Positions 19,197-29,495 of a stretch of 64,000 bases of DNA are shown here, piece after piece. Origin of the DNA: Candidatus Campbellbacteria bacterium (lineage in GTDB: Bacteria; Patescibacteriota; Minisyncoccia; Phycocordibacterales; EsbW-18). The notes below the pieces were generated by a model. That model was not told the origin of the DNA. It searched no databases and worked only from the letters and a program-made list of their open reading frames with translations. Positions within the stretch are counted from its first letter, which is position 1. The number at the start of each line of letters is the position of its first letter. The DNA lies in contig JANLIT010000003.1 of NCBI GenBank assembly GCA_024653945.1, forward strand, positions 30,097-94,096, written 5' to 3'. The position numbers were made by a program, and so were the translations under genes.

Positions 19197-19646
19197 TTAT
19201 TTTTTGTCAGCTTCAATAGATACAATGAGTGTCGCTTTCGTTTTTCCTGATTGAAGTACTACCTCCGTATCTCCAGCTTTCTTCAGTGGTTCTTCCAACA
19301 TCAAACACTCTACAGGAATAGACACACCGAGCTGGTTGTATAGTGCCTCAACAACTTTGTCCGGATGGAGTGAACCAAATAAGTGTCCTTTCTCATTTAC
19401 TTTTTCTTTCAAAACAACCTTTTTCCCATCAATCGCCGTAATATCTTTCTCAAGGGCCTCATCGTGTGCACGATGTTGGGCTCCGAGTTTTGCTTTTTGA
19501 AGTTCAATGGACTTGCGTGACGACGCGGTGGCCGCACGAGCACACCCTTGAGGAATAAGAAAATTAATAGCGTATCCTTCAGAAACAGACACAATATCAA
19601 ACTTTTTTCCTACTTTTGCGACATCTTTGAGTAAAATAACTTCCAT
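19197..19646 (-). CDS. rplI: 50S ribosomal protein L9
   Basis: MEVILLKDV..VGK, GYAINFLIP, GHLFGS. Confidence 0.96.
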   Translation of the reverse strand: MEVILLKDVAKVGKKFDIVSVSEGYAINFLIPQGCARAATASSRKSIELQKAKLGAQHRAHDEALEKDITAIDGKKVVLKEKVNEKGHLFGSLHPDKVVEALYNQLGVSIPVECLMLEEPLKKAGDTEVVLQSGKTKATLIVSIEADKK

Positions 19647-19768
19647 ATGCCACCAAGCATACTATAAAATATGCTCATTGAATATCTTGACGCGCGCATG
19701 TTATTGATAAACAATGCGGGCAGAAGTACCTAGCGCGTACAAACTCATTTGAAAGGGGTGATGCCGGT

Positions 19769-20035
19769 ATGAGCCAGAAACCCAACATAGCAAGCCTTTT
19801 TCTCATCCAAAAGCATGAGCGCCGATTTATTTCGGAACTCGGCCCGGTTGGTGAGGAAAAGCTTCTCTGCCAGGTTCTGGTAATTGAAAGTGACGGTGTC
19901 AGCGAGGTTCGCTTCCCTTCCACGGGGGAAAAGATCGCTCCATTTGACCTCAAGGGACGAACTGTTGAAGAGGCCGCAAGAGAACTACTTCAGGACGAGG
20001 AGAGAACGTATGGTGGGGCAAAGAAGGCAGGCTGA
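19769..20035 (+). CDS. Hypothetical protein (orphan cassette)
   Basis: SD GAAAGGGGTGAT; downstream hairpin AAGCCGG/CCGGCTT with T-run. Confidence 0.65.
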   Translation: MSQKPNIASLFLIQKHERRFISELGPVGEEKLLCQVLVIESDGVSEVRFPSTGEKIAPFDLKGRTVEEAARELLQDEERTYGGAKKAG

Positions 20036-20112
20036 GTACCAACTGCGCGCTATGGGTTTCAAGCCGGCCTTTTTGTCGGAAGACAAGAAGATACCGGCTT
20101 TTTTATTCTCAA

Positions 20113-21315
20113 TTATTTTGTATTCAAAATCTGCACCGCTGAATCCATTTGCGGGTCTTTGTCTGCCTGAGCATCTTCAGCAGTCATAGTAACAAGAACA
20201 TCTGGTGTAAGTCCGCCCTGAGAAATAGATTTACCATTTGGTGTTGTCCATTCTCCGACGGTCAGCTTCAGTGACCCGCCCCCGGCAATTGGAATAAGCT
20301 CCTGAACAGACCCTTTTCCAAATGTTTTCTGTCCCACAAGCTTTGCGATACCGTGTTCTTGGAATGCACCCGCAAGAATTTCAGACGCTGATGCTGAACC
20401 GCCATCAACAAGCACGACCATATCAAATGTATTTTTCAAGAGACTGTGACCTGTACTTCTATATGCGTCCTCTCCCTTTCCTTGATCAAATCGTTCTCTA
20501 ACAACGACAGTACCCTCCGGTAAAAAGTAACTTGCAATATCTATTGATGCGTCAAGAAATCCTCCAGGGTTGCCACGCATATCAAGAATAAGTTTGGTAC
20601 TTTTTGATGCAACAAATGTTTCAAGTGCTTCACGAACTTTTTCGGGCGACTTAGCATCAAAGTTATACAAAGAAATAACAAAAATACCATCAGAACGAAG
20701 TACTGTATCAAGTGTTGGTATAGAAATATTTTCGCGTGTAACGGTAACAATTAAAAACTCGTCAACTCCTTCACGGGCGAGTGTTAACACAACATTCGTG
20801 CCAATCTCCCCGCGAATGAGTCTAACCACAGCATCTACCGATAACTCCATTGCAGAAGCCCCGTCTACCTCAATAATATTGTCTCCTGCACGAATACCAG
20901 CACGCTCAGCGGGTGACCCTTTTAGCGGTGCAATAACAGTAATGGCACCCTCCTTCTCCCCCACCTCCATTCCAACACCTCCAAAACTTCCAAGAATCAT
21001 ATCCTCAAACATTTTTGCATCCTCTGGTGGAAAAAACATACTGTGTGGGTCACCGAGGGAGTCAACGAGACCACCAATTGCTCCCCATACTTTTTCTTGT
21101 GCGACTGTTGTTGAAGCGGAAAAATATTTATCATTGACGAGATTCCATACGGACCAAAATTGGTCAAAATCAGCAACCAACGCTTCTGGTGCTTGTGTGT
21201 TTGTAACATCCGTCACCCGTGTGCTTGGTAAAACACTATCACGCCCGACATAAAAACCGACTCCTAAAAGAGCCAGCGCACACAAAAAGATGGCAATCTT
21301 GTGAACACGAATCAT
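20113..21315 (-). CDS. ctpA: Carboxyl-terminal processing protease (S41, PDZ)
   Basis: DMRGNPGG, SASASE and TFGKGSVQ motifs. Confidence 0.93.
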   Translation of the reverse strand: MIRVHKIAIFLCALALLGVGFYVGRDSVLPSTRVTDVTNTQAPEALVADFDQFWSVWNLVNDKYFSASTTVAQEKVWGAIGGLVDSLGDPHSMFFPPEDAKMFEDMILGSFGGVGMEVGEKEGAITVIAPLKGSPAERAGIRAGDNIIEVDGASAMELSVDAVVRLIRGEIGTNVVLTLAREGVDEFLIVTVTRENISIPTLDTVLRSDGIFVISLYNFDAKSPEKVREALETFVASKSTKLILDMRGNPGGFLDASIDIASYFLPEGTVVVRERFDQGKGEDAYRSTGHSLLKNTFDMVVLVDGGSASASEILAGAFQEHGIAKLVGQKTFGKGSVQELIPIAGGGSLKLTVGEWTTPNGKSISQGGLTPDVLVTMTAEDAQADKDPQMDSAVQILNTK

Positions 21316-21356
21316 GGTAAGATAATATCACACGCAGTACCATAGATACACAACAC

Positions 21357-22280
21357 ATGGCCCTCACCACACATACACACAAAAATCTTACATGGATAGA
21401 TGTCGTATCTCCCACAACAGATGACGTAGACTCCCTTATTTTTAAATACGGTATTCCCTCCCCCGTGGCAACTGAGCTCCTCGTTAACACGCGACGATCC
21501 CGCAGTGATGTGTATGACTCGTGTGTGTATATTGTGCTCCACTTTCCAAAAACAGAACGCGCTGGAAACGCAAAAATGCTCAATGAAATTGATTTTATTA
21601 TCATGCCCGATGTGCTTATCACCACACGGTACGCGGATGATACTGCACTAGAAACCTTTGCAACATACTTCACAAACGATACTCAACACGTTTCTCTCTC
21701 TGAAGTACATGATGTAGGTTCTCTCATGCACGCTATGACAGAAAAACTCTACCAATCATTCGAACTTGACTTAGAACGTATTGGAAAAGCTCTTGAAAGT
21801 GTTGAGGGAAAAATATTTTCGGGACAAGAAAAAAAAGTGGTGCACTCACTCTCACTTCTCGGTCGTGAGCTTGCCGATTTTAAAAAAGCGCTTGGCTATC
21901 ATGGAGAAGCACTTGAGGAAGTTGCGGTGTCTTCATCTGGACAAACACTTCTTGGTGAAGCGTTCAATCGCCATATACGCAGCATTATCGGTGACTATCG
22001 ACGCATTCGTCACCAAATGGAAGGAGAGGAATCTTTCTTTGAAGAGTTGCGTCAGACCAATAATTCCCTTCTCACTATCAAACAAAATGAGGTCATAAAG
22101 ACACTCACGGTTATGGCGTTTATTACATTTCCACTCGCTCTGGTTGCCGCTGTTTTTGGTATGAACACTTCCGGCGCACCATTTCTTGGCAGTACATATG
22201 ATTTTTGGATTATTATCGGCATCATGCTTGTCATCGCTGTGCTGATGTATGTTTTCTTTAAACACAAACGATGGGTTTAA
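21357..22280 (+). CDS. corA: CorA-family Mg2+ transporter
   Basis: FGMN motif; two C-terminal TM helices. Confidence 0.92.
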   Translation: MALTTHTHKNLTWIDVVSPTTDDVDSLIFKYGIPSPVATELLVNTRRSRSDVYDSCVYIVLHFPKTERAGNAKMLNEIDFIIMPDVLITTRYADDTALETFATYFTNDTQHVSLSEVHDVGSLMHAMTEKLYQSFELDLERIGKALESVEGKIFSGQEKKVVHSLSLLGRELADFKKALGYHGEALEEVAVSSSGQTLLGEAFNRHIRSIIGDYRRIRHQMEGEESFFEELRQTNNSLLTIKQNEVIKTLTVMAFITFPLALVAAVFGMNTSGAPFLGSTYDFWIIIGIMLVIAVLMYVFFKHKRWV

Positions 22281-22285
22281 TTTCT

Positions 22286-23662
22286 ATGCTGACTTTCTAC
22301 AACACCCTCACGCGCGAGCAAGAGCCATTTGAAGCATTATCCAAACCACATGTCGGCATGTACAACTGTGGTCCGACGGTGTACGACCGCGTGCATATAG
22401 GCAATCTTCGCGCGTATGTGTTTGCAGATACACTTCGTCGTGTTCTCTCTGCAAATGGCTACGACGTACAGCAAGTCATGAACATCACCGACGTCGGTCA
22501 CCTCTCGTCAGATGCCGATTCTGGTGAAGACAAAATGACGAAAGGTCTTAAGCGCGAAGGTCTTCCAATGACGCTCGTTGGAATGCGCGAATTGGCAGAG
22601 AAATATACACGAGCATTTGAAGAAGATTTGGTGTCACTTAATATTTTGCACCCACATGAATTGCCGAGAGCAACCGACAACATTCCCGAACAAATTGACA
22701 TCATCAAGCGCCTCGAAGAAAAAGGATTTACCTATGTTATTGCGGATGACGGCGTTTATTTTGATACAGAAAAAGACCCCCACTATGGACGACTTGGTGG
22801 TCTTACTCCCCTTGGAGACGTTCGCACAGATGCTGAAAGTTCGCAGAAACACGGACCGCGAGATTTTGCATTGTGGAAATTCAATCAAGAGCTCGGTTGG
22901 GAGAGTCCGTGGGGTAAGGGGTTTCCAGGCTGGCACATTGAGTGTTCTGCAATGAGTATGAAGTACCTCGGCGAGACATTTGATATTCACACGGGCGGTA
23001 TTGATCACATTCCTGTCCACCACAATAACGAAATCGCGCAGTCGGAGAATGCGACGGGAAAACCCTTCGCACGTTTTTGGTTGCACAACGCATTTCTCAA
23101 TATTGATAATGAAAAAATTGCCAAGTCACTTGGCAATGCGATTGTGCTCTCGGCTCTTGTTGAAAAAGGTATTACTCCCCTTGCCTACCGCTACTGGTTG
23201 CTCACGGGACACTACAGAAGCGAAATGAATTTTACGATGGACGCACTTTTGGCCGGACAAAATGCGTATCTCAAACTTGTTGAACGTGTCCGAGAACTCG
23301 GTGAAGATGTTGGCACGGTGAACGACGAATACTACACACACTTTATGGATGCGGTGAATGATGATTTGGGAACTCCACAGGCAATTGCCGTTTTGTGGGA
23401 CTTATTTAAAAACGACAGTGTGTCCTCTGCCGACAAAAAAGCAACCATACTTGCTTTTGATACTGTGCTTGGTTTGCAGTTGGATGCAGTTGAATCCGTG
23501 TCTATTTCTGCCGATGTACAAAAACTTCTTGACGCGCGTGAACAAGCCCGCATCGCAAAAGATTGGAAGGCCTCAGATGACTTGCGCGCAGATATTGAAA
23601 AATTAGGATTTGATGTGAAAGATACGTCTGACGGTCAGAAAATTATTCCAAAGAATGTGTAG
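22286..23662 (+). CDS. cysS: Cysteine--tRNA ligase
   Basis: CGPTVY, HIGN, PGWHIEC and KIAKS motifs. Confidence 0.97.
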   Translation: MLTFYNTLTREQEPFEALSKPHVGMYNCGPTVYDRVHIGNLRAYVFADTLRRVLSANGYDVQQVMNITDVGHLSSDADSGEDKMTKGLKREGLPMTLVGMRELAEKYTRAFEEDLVSLNILHPHELPRATDNIPEQIDIIKRLEEKGFTYVIADDGVYFDTEKDPHYGRLGGLTPLGDVRTDAESSQKHGPRDFALWKFNQELGWESPWGKGFPGWHIECSAMSMKYLGETFDIHTGGIDHIPVHHNNEIAQSENATGKPFARFWLHNAFLNIDNEKIAKSLGNAIVLSALVEKGITPLAYRYWLLTGHYRSEMNFTMDALLAGQNAYLKLVERVRELGEDVGTVNDEYYTHFMDAVNDDLGTPQAIAVLWDLFKNDSVSSADKKATILAFDTVLGLQLDAVESVSISADVQKLLDAREQARIAKDWKASDDLRADIEKLGFDVKDTSDGQKIIPKNV

Positions 23663-23681
23663 GTAAAAGAAAATAAATGAA

Positions 23682-23911
23682 AAAGGAGAAGGGTTCCCGT
23701 AGGTTACCACTCCTCCCCACCTGGCGCCGTTAGGGCGCAAAGGTGTTGTTGGCGGCGCACCGTGACAGTTCCCTAGTGGAACCGCCCGGTGCCGCCGCGC
23801 CGGCGATCAGGCCGAAGCGATGCTCAGATAGTCGTGCGAATAAAGCGACGAGTACATCAGGCGCATGTCTTCTCCTCGTTCTTGCTTCGGGTCCATTCCC
23901 TCAGCAAGTCC
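23682..23911 (-). ncRNA. Candidate structured small transcript carrying a 19-aa ORF
   Basis: Consensus promoter, 5' hairpin, SD, micro-ORF, two GC hairpins, U-tailed terminator. Confidence 0.5.
23807..23866 (-). CDS. Putative micropeptide MRLMYSSLYSHDYLSIASA
   Basis: SD GAGGAG 5 nt before the ATG. Confidence 0.4.
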   Translation of the reverse strand: MRLMYSSLYSHDYLSIASA

Positions 23912-23917
23912 AAGAGT

Positions 23918-23945
23918 ATTATACTCCCCCATCTGGAGTTGTCAA
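23918..23945 (-). promoter_or_regulatory. Consensus sigma70 promoter
   Basis: TTGACA-16 nt-TATAAT on the minus strand. Confidence 0.75.
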
Positions 23946-24036
23946 GCCCTCCAAAACCCTTTGTTTTTCAAAAGAAAACCGCCTAATGAAAGCTCGGCTT
24001 TCTTAGGCGGTGTTGAGGCGCACCGCCTCCTTCTGT

Positions 24037-24525
24037 CTACCCTGTCGGAGTTACGGTAAGTTTCGCCGCGACCTCCGTGGGTTTGTTGATGAGGTGGCTC
24101 ATGTTGGAGCCGGAGTAGAAGGGGCGGTGTTGATTCCTCCGCATCCACCTGGAGAGCTCGTAACACCGTTCCACCATGTCCTTGATGACCATCTCCCGAG
24201 AAGGGATGGTTGGCGGTACCCAGTTCTCCATCTTCTCCTTCCACCAGCGAACAAATGCGTTGTAGTTCGAATGCGCCAGGACGGCTTCAACATGCCGTTG
24301 CTGGTAAACCTTGACGATTTCCACGGCGGCCTGGCGAAAGATGGTGACGATCTCGTCGACACTCAGTATCTTCCACTCCTGCCCACCCCAGATGGGAACG
24401 TTGTGAAAGAAGCCGTTGAAGCGATCGATGACAGGGCGCAGCTGAACCAGTCCGTCGAAATCCACTTCTTCCACTTGGACGACGACGGGTCCCTGCTCGA
24501 TTTTTTTGTATCCGACATGCAACAT
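24037..24525 (-). CDS. Hypothetical protein (GC-rich orphan cassette)
   Basis: SD GGGAGGTG; TTGACA promoter at about 24615-24643. Confidence 0.7.
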   Translation of the reverse strand: MLHVGYKKIEQGPVVVQVEEVDFDGLVQLRPVIDRFNGFFHNVPIWGGQEWKILSVDEIVTIFRQAAVEIVKVYQQRHVEAVLAHSNYNAFVRWWKEKMENWVPPTIPSREMVIKDMVERCYELSRWMRRNQHRPFYSGSNMSHLINKPTEVAAKLTVTPTG

Positions 24526-24650
24526 GGCACACCTCCCTTGCTGGTAAGTAATGCGTTGTTTCAGAAAATTTCTTCAACGCCCTGAAACAACGCATCACGA
24601 GCATCTGAGGCACGTTATACTACATATATATCATAGTTGTCAATCCCCAT

Positions 24651-24685
24651 TCTACCGCCTACTTTCTACCAGCTACAAGCTACTT
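24651..24685 (+). repeat. Degenerate heptamer tandem repeat (NCTACNN)x5
   Basis: TCTACCG CCTACTT TCTACCA GCTACAA GCTACTT. Confidence 0.75.
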
Positions 24686-24776
24686 CTTTGTCCCCAGAAT
24701 ACGCACTCGTACTCCCCTTTTTTGTTCGAATGGGTCATTTCTCTCGTGTGCTACTATGCACCTACAGATACAAAAC

Positions 24777-26180
24777 ATGCCAACACAAACACCCACAAAA
24801 CCAGTTCGCACTCCTCCGCAAGATGTTGAAACAGAGAAAGCACTTCTTGGTTCTATTCTTTTGCGACCTGAAGCAATTCACGAAGTGGTTGATATTCTTT
24901 CCGCCGAATCATTCTATGCACACAAACACGGCCTCATTTTTTCCGCCATGTTTGATATCTACAAAAAGGGCGAGCCTGTTGACCTCGTCTCACTTTCGTC
25001 TCGCCTCAAAGAATTGAAAGAAATGGATTCCGTCGGCGGTATGAGTTACCTCACCGGACTGGTAGATACCGTGCCGTCGTCAATGAACGCAAAACACTAC
25101 GCGGAAATTGTGCAGAAAAAACACACGATGCGTCAGCTCATTGAAGCCGCACACCACATTACCGAACTCGGCTTTGCTGAAGAAGAAGAACTTGAAGAAC
25201 TTCTTGATAAAGCGGAAAAGAGAATTTACGAAATCACCTCCGCACCGAGCAACAAAAAATTCGTCCCAATAGGCGACGTGCTCGGTGAAGCGTTTGAACG
25301 TTTGGATAAATTGCAAAAGTCTTCCGGCACACTGCGCGGTGTACCAACGGGCTTCCCCGAGTTGGACCATAAAATCGCCGGACTCCAACAATCAGACCTC
25401 ATCATTCTCGCCGCACGACCTTCAATGGGAAAGACATCGCTCGCACTTGATATCGCGCGCCACACCGCCATTCGTCACGGCACATCCGTCGGCATCTTCT
25501 CTCTTGAAATGAGTGCCCAGCAACTCGTCGACCGCATGCTCGCCGCCGAAGCACAGGTGGACGCGTGGCGTTTGCGCACAGGAAAACTCTCCACGGATGA
25601 CGAATTTGAACGCATCAGTGAGGCCACCAACAAACTCTCCCAAGCAAAAATATACATTGACGACCAGCCAGGCAACAACATCCTCAAAATGCGCTCTGTC
25701 GCACGCCGACTCAAGAGTGAAAAAGGTCTTGACCTCATCATTGTGGACTACCTCCAGCTCATGGTTCCCGCAGGCAAAAACCGCCAGCAAGACAACATGG
25801 TGCAACAAGTCACCGAAATATCCCGCTCACTGAAGCAACTCGCCCGCGAATTGGACGTGCCTGTGCTTGCCCTTTCACAACTTTCACGCGCCATTGAACA
25901 ACGCCGTGGCCGACCACAACTCTCCGACTTGCGTGATTCAGGTTCCATTGAGCAGGACGCCGACTTGGTGATGTTTATTCACAGCGAAGACCGCTACAAA
26001 GAAGCCAGTGAGCGCTCCAATATTATGGAACTCATTATCTCCAAGCACCGCAACGGTCCGACGGGCATGCTCGAGCTCTACTTTGATGACAAGAAAGCCA
26101 CCTTCCGCTCACTTGAACGCCACGGAGTAGACCAATTTGACGCTTCCGCACAGAGCGGTGAAGCAAGCGCGGAGTTTTAA
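24777..26180 (+). CDS. dnaB: Replicative DNA helicase
   Basis: AARPSMGKT, FSLEM, IVDYLQL, LSQLSR and SDLRDSGSIEQDAD motifs. Confidence 0.98.
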   Translation: MPTQTPTKPVRTPPQDVETEKALLGSILLRPEAIHEVVDILSAESFYAHKHGLIFSAMFDIYKKGEPVDLVSLSSRLKELKEMDSVGGMSYLTGLVDTVPSSMNAKHYAEIVQKKHTMRQLIEAAHHITELGFAEEEELEELLDKAEKRIYEITSAPSNKKFVPIGDVLGEAFERLDKLQKSSGTLRGVPTGFPELDHKIAGLQQSDLIILAARPSMGKTSLALDIARHTAIRHGTSVGIFSLEMSAQQLVDRMLAAEAQVDAWRLRTGKLSTDDEFERISEATNKLSQAKIYIDDQPGNNILKMRSVARRLKSEKGLDLIIVDYLQLMVPAGKNRQQDNMVQQVTEISRSLKQLARELDVPVLALSQLSRAIEQRRGRPQLSDLRDSGSIEQDADLVMFIHSEDRYKEASERSNIMELIISKHRNGPTGMLELYFDDKKATFRSLERHGVDQFDASAQSGEASAEF

Positions 26181-26203
26181 TTTATAAAAAATAGTTTTAT
26201 CAA

Positions 26204-26869
26204 ATGGCAACTAGTTCAACTTTTTTTATCTTAGTGAATGGCTTACAAGATTATAGTGCGGCCATACAAGCTGTGTCTACGGTCATTTTAGCATTGATAA
26301 CATTAGGTTACGCTTTTTCTACCAAAAGAATGGCCAGTTTAATGGAAAAACAAATGTCTCCGAGTATTTTTATTGAAAACATTATGGCCGGCTCACCATT
26401 TATTGAAGACTGGTTTAGAGAAAGACCCGACGAACAACTTGAAAGCACCTTTTTTGAGTTAAAGGTTATTCTCGATGTGCGCAATGAAGGAAATGGTTCA
26501 GGAAGTATCTACAAACCAACTTTGACCTTAAGTTCAACTGCACACGATTTTCCTTTCTCTACAAAACTTCGCCCAATTACCATATCTCATGAAACCTATA
26601 ATCGCAGAACACAGGGGTCAATGGAAACGAGCGAGACGAGAAGCATAGACCACGGCAGTTCAGTTTTTTTGAGTGGTGGGGATTCAAGAAGGCTGGAACT
26701 CGAATATCGTTTTATGATTGAAACTAAAGATGAGTGTGATTTTATAAAAAGAGTAAAAAAGAATCCAGAAATAGTAACTTATTCTTTGGTTACTCATGAT
26801 AACCTAAATAAAGGATACAAAATTCTAGTTACTGATGTTAAAGGAGTGCGTGAGTGTAGTTTAATCTAA
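26204..26869 (+). CDS. Hypothetical protein with N-terminal TM helix (AT-rich)
   Basis: 221-aa ORF; hydrophobic segment near the N-terminus. Confidence 0.65.
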   Translation: MATSSTFFILVNGLQDYSAAIQAVSTVILALITLGYAFSTKRMASLMEKQMSPSIFIENIMAGSPFIEDWFRERPDEQLESTFFELKVILDVRNEGNGSGSIYKPTLTLSSTAHDFPFSTKLRPITISHETYNRRTQGSMETSETRSIDHGSSVFLSGGDSRRLELEYRFMIETKDECDFIKRVKKNPEIVTYSLVTHDNLNKGYKILVTDVKGVRECSLI

Positions 26870-26909
26870 AATTTAACAATGAACGCAATATAAAAACTAA
26901 CTAAGACGT

Positions 26910-27215
26910 ATGGAAAAATATCAAAAAGAACTTGATGTGTGGTTTAAAGAAAAAGGATGGCCATATTGGGAACCACTCGCCATTGTTGCTCGCCTCTTTG
27001 AAGAAGGTGGAGAATTTGCACGTCTCGTCAATCATGTCTATGGTCCAAAAAAGAAAAAGTTGGATGAACAAAAACAAGATATGGAAGAGGAACTCGGCGA
27101 TATTATTTATACACTCATTTGCTTCGCCAATTCACACGACATCAACTTAGACACCGCAATTCGTAAAAGTTTTGATAAGGTAACTGAGAGAGATAAAGAG
27201 AGGTATAAAAATTAG
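26910..27215 (+). CDS. MazG-like nucleotide pyrophosphohydrolase
   Basis: EEGGE and EELGD motifs; YGPKKKK. Confidence 0.88.
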   Translation: MEKYQKELDVWFKEKGWPYWEPLAIVARLFEEGGEFARLVNHVYGPKKKKLDEQKQDMEEELGDIIYTLICFANSHDINLDTAIRKSFDKVTERDKERYKN

Positions 27216-27278
27216 AAACAAGAAAACCGCCTGACGAAGCGCGGCTTTCCGTGCTTTGTCAGGCGGCGTGTCGAGAGA

Positions 27279-27707
27279 TTACAGCTCCTTCTTTCCAGCT
27301 TGAGCGAACGGGTAGAGTCCCCTCTCGAGACTCGGGAACTCTTTCACCATACCCTCCACAAAAACATCGAGATTCTCATAGACACTCAGGACCTCATCGA
27401 CATAAAGAGGGTCCATGAGAGTTTCATCGGTTGAAAACACCTGACAACCGAGAGAGCAAGGGGCCTGCGAGCGAACTCCCACAACCATCACGTACTCCCC
27501 ACGCCGATTTCTGTAAGCACCGAGCGACCAGTGGCAGTTGGAGTTTGTGAATTCCTTCCGCACACCGTCCGGTTTCCAGTTGGTCCGATCACACTCCAAG
27601 TGCACCAGTCCGATGATCATCGAAATCAGTTGCAGAATCCTTTTTCGCATCAGGTCGATGTTGGCAGATCCGTGAAGCAACAGTTCGGCGATTCCTATGT
27701 CGGACAT
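27279..27707 (-). CDS. Hypothetical protein (orphan cassette)
   Basis: SD AGGAGG; consensus promoter; downstream hairpin at about 27225-27268. Confidence 0.7.
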   Translation of the reverse strand: MSDIGIAELLLHGSANIDLMRKRILQLISMIIGLVHLECDRTNWKPDGVRKEFTNSNCHWSLGAYRNRRGEYVMVVGVRSQAPCSLGCQVFSTDETLMDPLYVDEVLSVYENLDVFVEGMVKEFPSLERGLYPFAQAGKKEL

Positions 27708-27792
27708 CCCTGTCCTCCTGTCTCCAGTTTCCCTCTCGGGATTGCTCTCTCGAGCGTTTGCCTATGTACGCAATGTACACAGTTCTAGGGAA

Positions 27793-27821
27793 ATTATATA
27801 TCTATATTACACTTGTGTCAA
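27793..27821 (-). promoter_or_regulatory. Consensus sigma70 promoter
   Basis: TTGACA-17 nt-TATAAT. Confidence 0.8.
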
Positions 27822-27861
27822 GTTACCCCAAATAGCCCTAAAAATCTGCTAAAATGGACAT

Positions 27862-28470
27862 ATGAACGCAATCCAAAAACTAGCTGAATACTTTCAAAAG
27901 TTCCCTGGGATTGGGCCACGACAAGCAAAACGTTTCGTGCATTTTTTGCTGACGCAAGACAAGGCGTTTGTGAAAAGTTTGTCCGAGCGCATTGAAGAAC
28001 TCCAGGCATCTATTTCACGCTGTAGCCAGTGCCACCGTTTTTTTGACGCCGATGGTTACGCCGAAGTGTGCGATATCTGCTCCTCACCAAACCGTGATAC
28101 GCACTTGCTCATGGTCGTAGAAAAAGATGCTGACTTAGACGCCATTGAAAAAACACACGCATACAACGGCCACTACTTTGTCATCGGAGGCACCGTTCCC
28201 CTTCTTGAAAGCACTCCCTCAAACCTCAAGACAGAAGAGCTCACCAAGTATGTGCAGAAAAATATTAAAAACCTCAAAGAAATTATTATTGCCACAGGAG
28301 CACATCCTGAAGGTGAGATGACCGCCGATCACGTGAAGTCACTTCTCTCCCCTATCACCACTGAAAACGGCATTACCATTTCTATGCTTGGACGAGGACT
28401 TTCTACAGGAACAGAACTTGAATACTCCGACGCCGACACCATTAAAAGCGCATTTACAAATAGAAGATAG
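27862..28470 (+). CDS. recR: Recombination mediator RecR
   Basis: FPGIGPRQAKR, C4 Zn finger, TOPRIM, ELEYSD. Confidence 0.95.
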   Translation: MNAIQKLAEYFQKFPGIGPRQAKRFVHFLLTQDKAFVKSLSERIEELQASISRCSQCHRFFDADGYAEVCDICSSPNRDTHLLMVVEKDADLDAIEKTHAYNGHYFVIGGTVPLLESTPSNLKTEELTKYVQKNIKNLKEIIIATGAHPEGEMTADHVKSLLSPITTENGITISMLGRGLSTGTELEYSDADTIKSAFTNRR

Positions 28471-28472
28471 TT

Positions 28473-28946
28473 CTAAGAATAGATCAGAAGGAAAAGAAAA
28501 AAGATAATTGGAACGGAAAGCCAGCGCAGAAAAACCTTCCTCTTCTCCTCACGTGTCAAATCTTTATTCCAAGTGCGTATAGTCTTCACTAACAGAGCAA
28601 TAGAAAACCCCGCACTACAGAAAGCTCCGATATCAGGAACTATATAAGAAGAGAAACCGGCTAGCATCCCAAGAAGAGTCGTGGTTGCGAAAGCGGCCAG
28701 TGTTATCAGTATCATTCCTATCCTAAAAAGAAACCCCTTTACAAGAATCTGACGACCAAACATACTCCACAGCCCAACAATTACGAGAGCTGCACCAACA
28801 AACGACATGAGGTTAGATTCAAAGAGATACTTGTTGTTGGCACGAAGGATGAGAAGGGTGGTACCGGCTATGATAATAATCAGCGACACCACTATGCGTG
28901 GTGTAGAAAAAAATAACTTTTTATTCTCCTTATCCAACTTTTCCAT
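28473..28946 (-). CDS. Multi-pass membrane protein
   Basis: About five hydrophobic helices. Confidence 0.7.
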   Translation of the reverse strand: MEKLDKENKKLFFSTPRIVVSLIIIIAGTTLLILRANNKYLFESNLMSFVGAALVIVGLWSMFGRQILVKGFLFRIGMILITLAAFATTTLLGMLAGFSSYIVPDIGAFCSAGFSIALLVKTIRTWNKDLTREEKRKVFLRWLSVPIIFFLFLLIYS

Positions 28947-29001
28947 ATATCTAGTATAGTTTACCTTTCATATACAAACAATTCCCGTTTCCGGGAATTG
29001 T

Positions 29002-29310
29002 TTAAACTTTCTTGATTGTTACCTTTGAAAATGGCTGGCGGTGTCCGCGCTTTTTGTAGTATCGGCTTTTTGCTTTGTATTTAATAACCACAATCTTTCG
29101 TCCACGTCCTTGTGTATCAACAGTTGCCTCAATTTTGGCACCTGCGATGTATGGAGCTCCGAGTGTTGTAGTAGAACCATCGTCCGTGAGCACAACCTTA
29201 TCAAATACAACCTTCCCTCCTGCGTCTACAGGAAGTTTTTCGGTTACTATTGACTTGTCGTCAGAAACGAGGTATTGCTTTCCGCCTGTTTCAATTACTG
29301 CAAATGTCAT
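29002..29310 (-). CDS. rplU: 50S ribosomal protein L21
   Basis: FAVIETGGKQY and GHRQ motifs. Confidence 0.98.
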   Translation of the reverse strand: MTFAVIETGGKQYLVSDDKSIVTEKLPVDAGGKVVFDKVVLTDDGSTTTLGAPYIAGAKIEATVDTQGRGRKIVVIKYKAKSRYYKKRGHRQPFSKVTIKKV

Positions 29311-29495
29311 AGATGTGTAGTATACATGCTCTGGGGGCGATTACAAGTATGTAAAACAACATTTTGTAATCCAAACGGTTTAATATATATAAAATTTTTT
29401 AACCATATCAAACCATTGACTTTTTTTGTTTTTGCTGTACCATCGCACACAGACACAGATGTTCCTATCAACCCGTCTTCAAAAAGGAGAACGTC

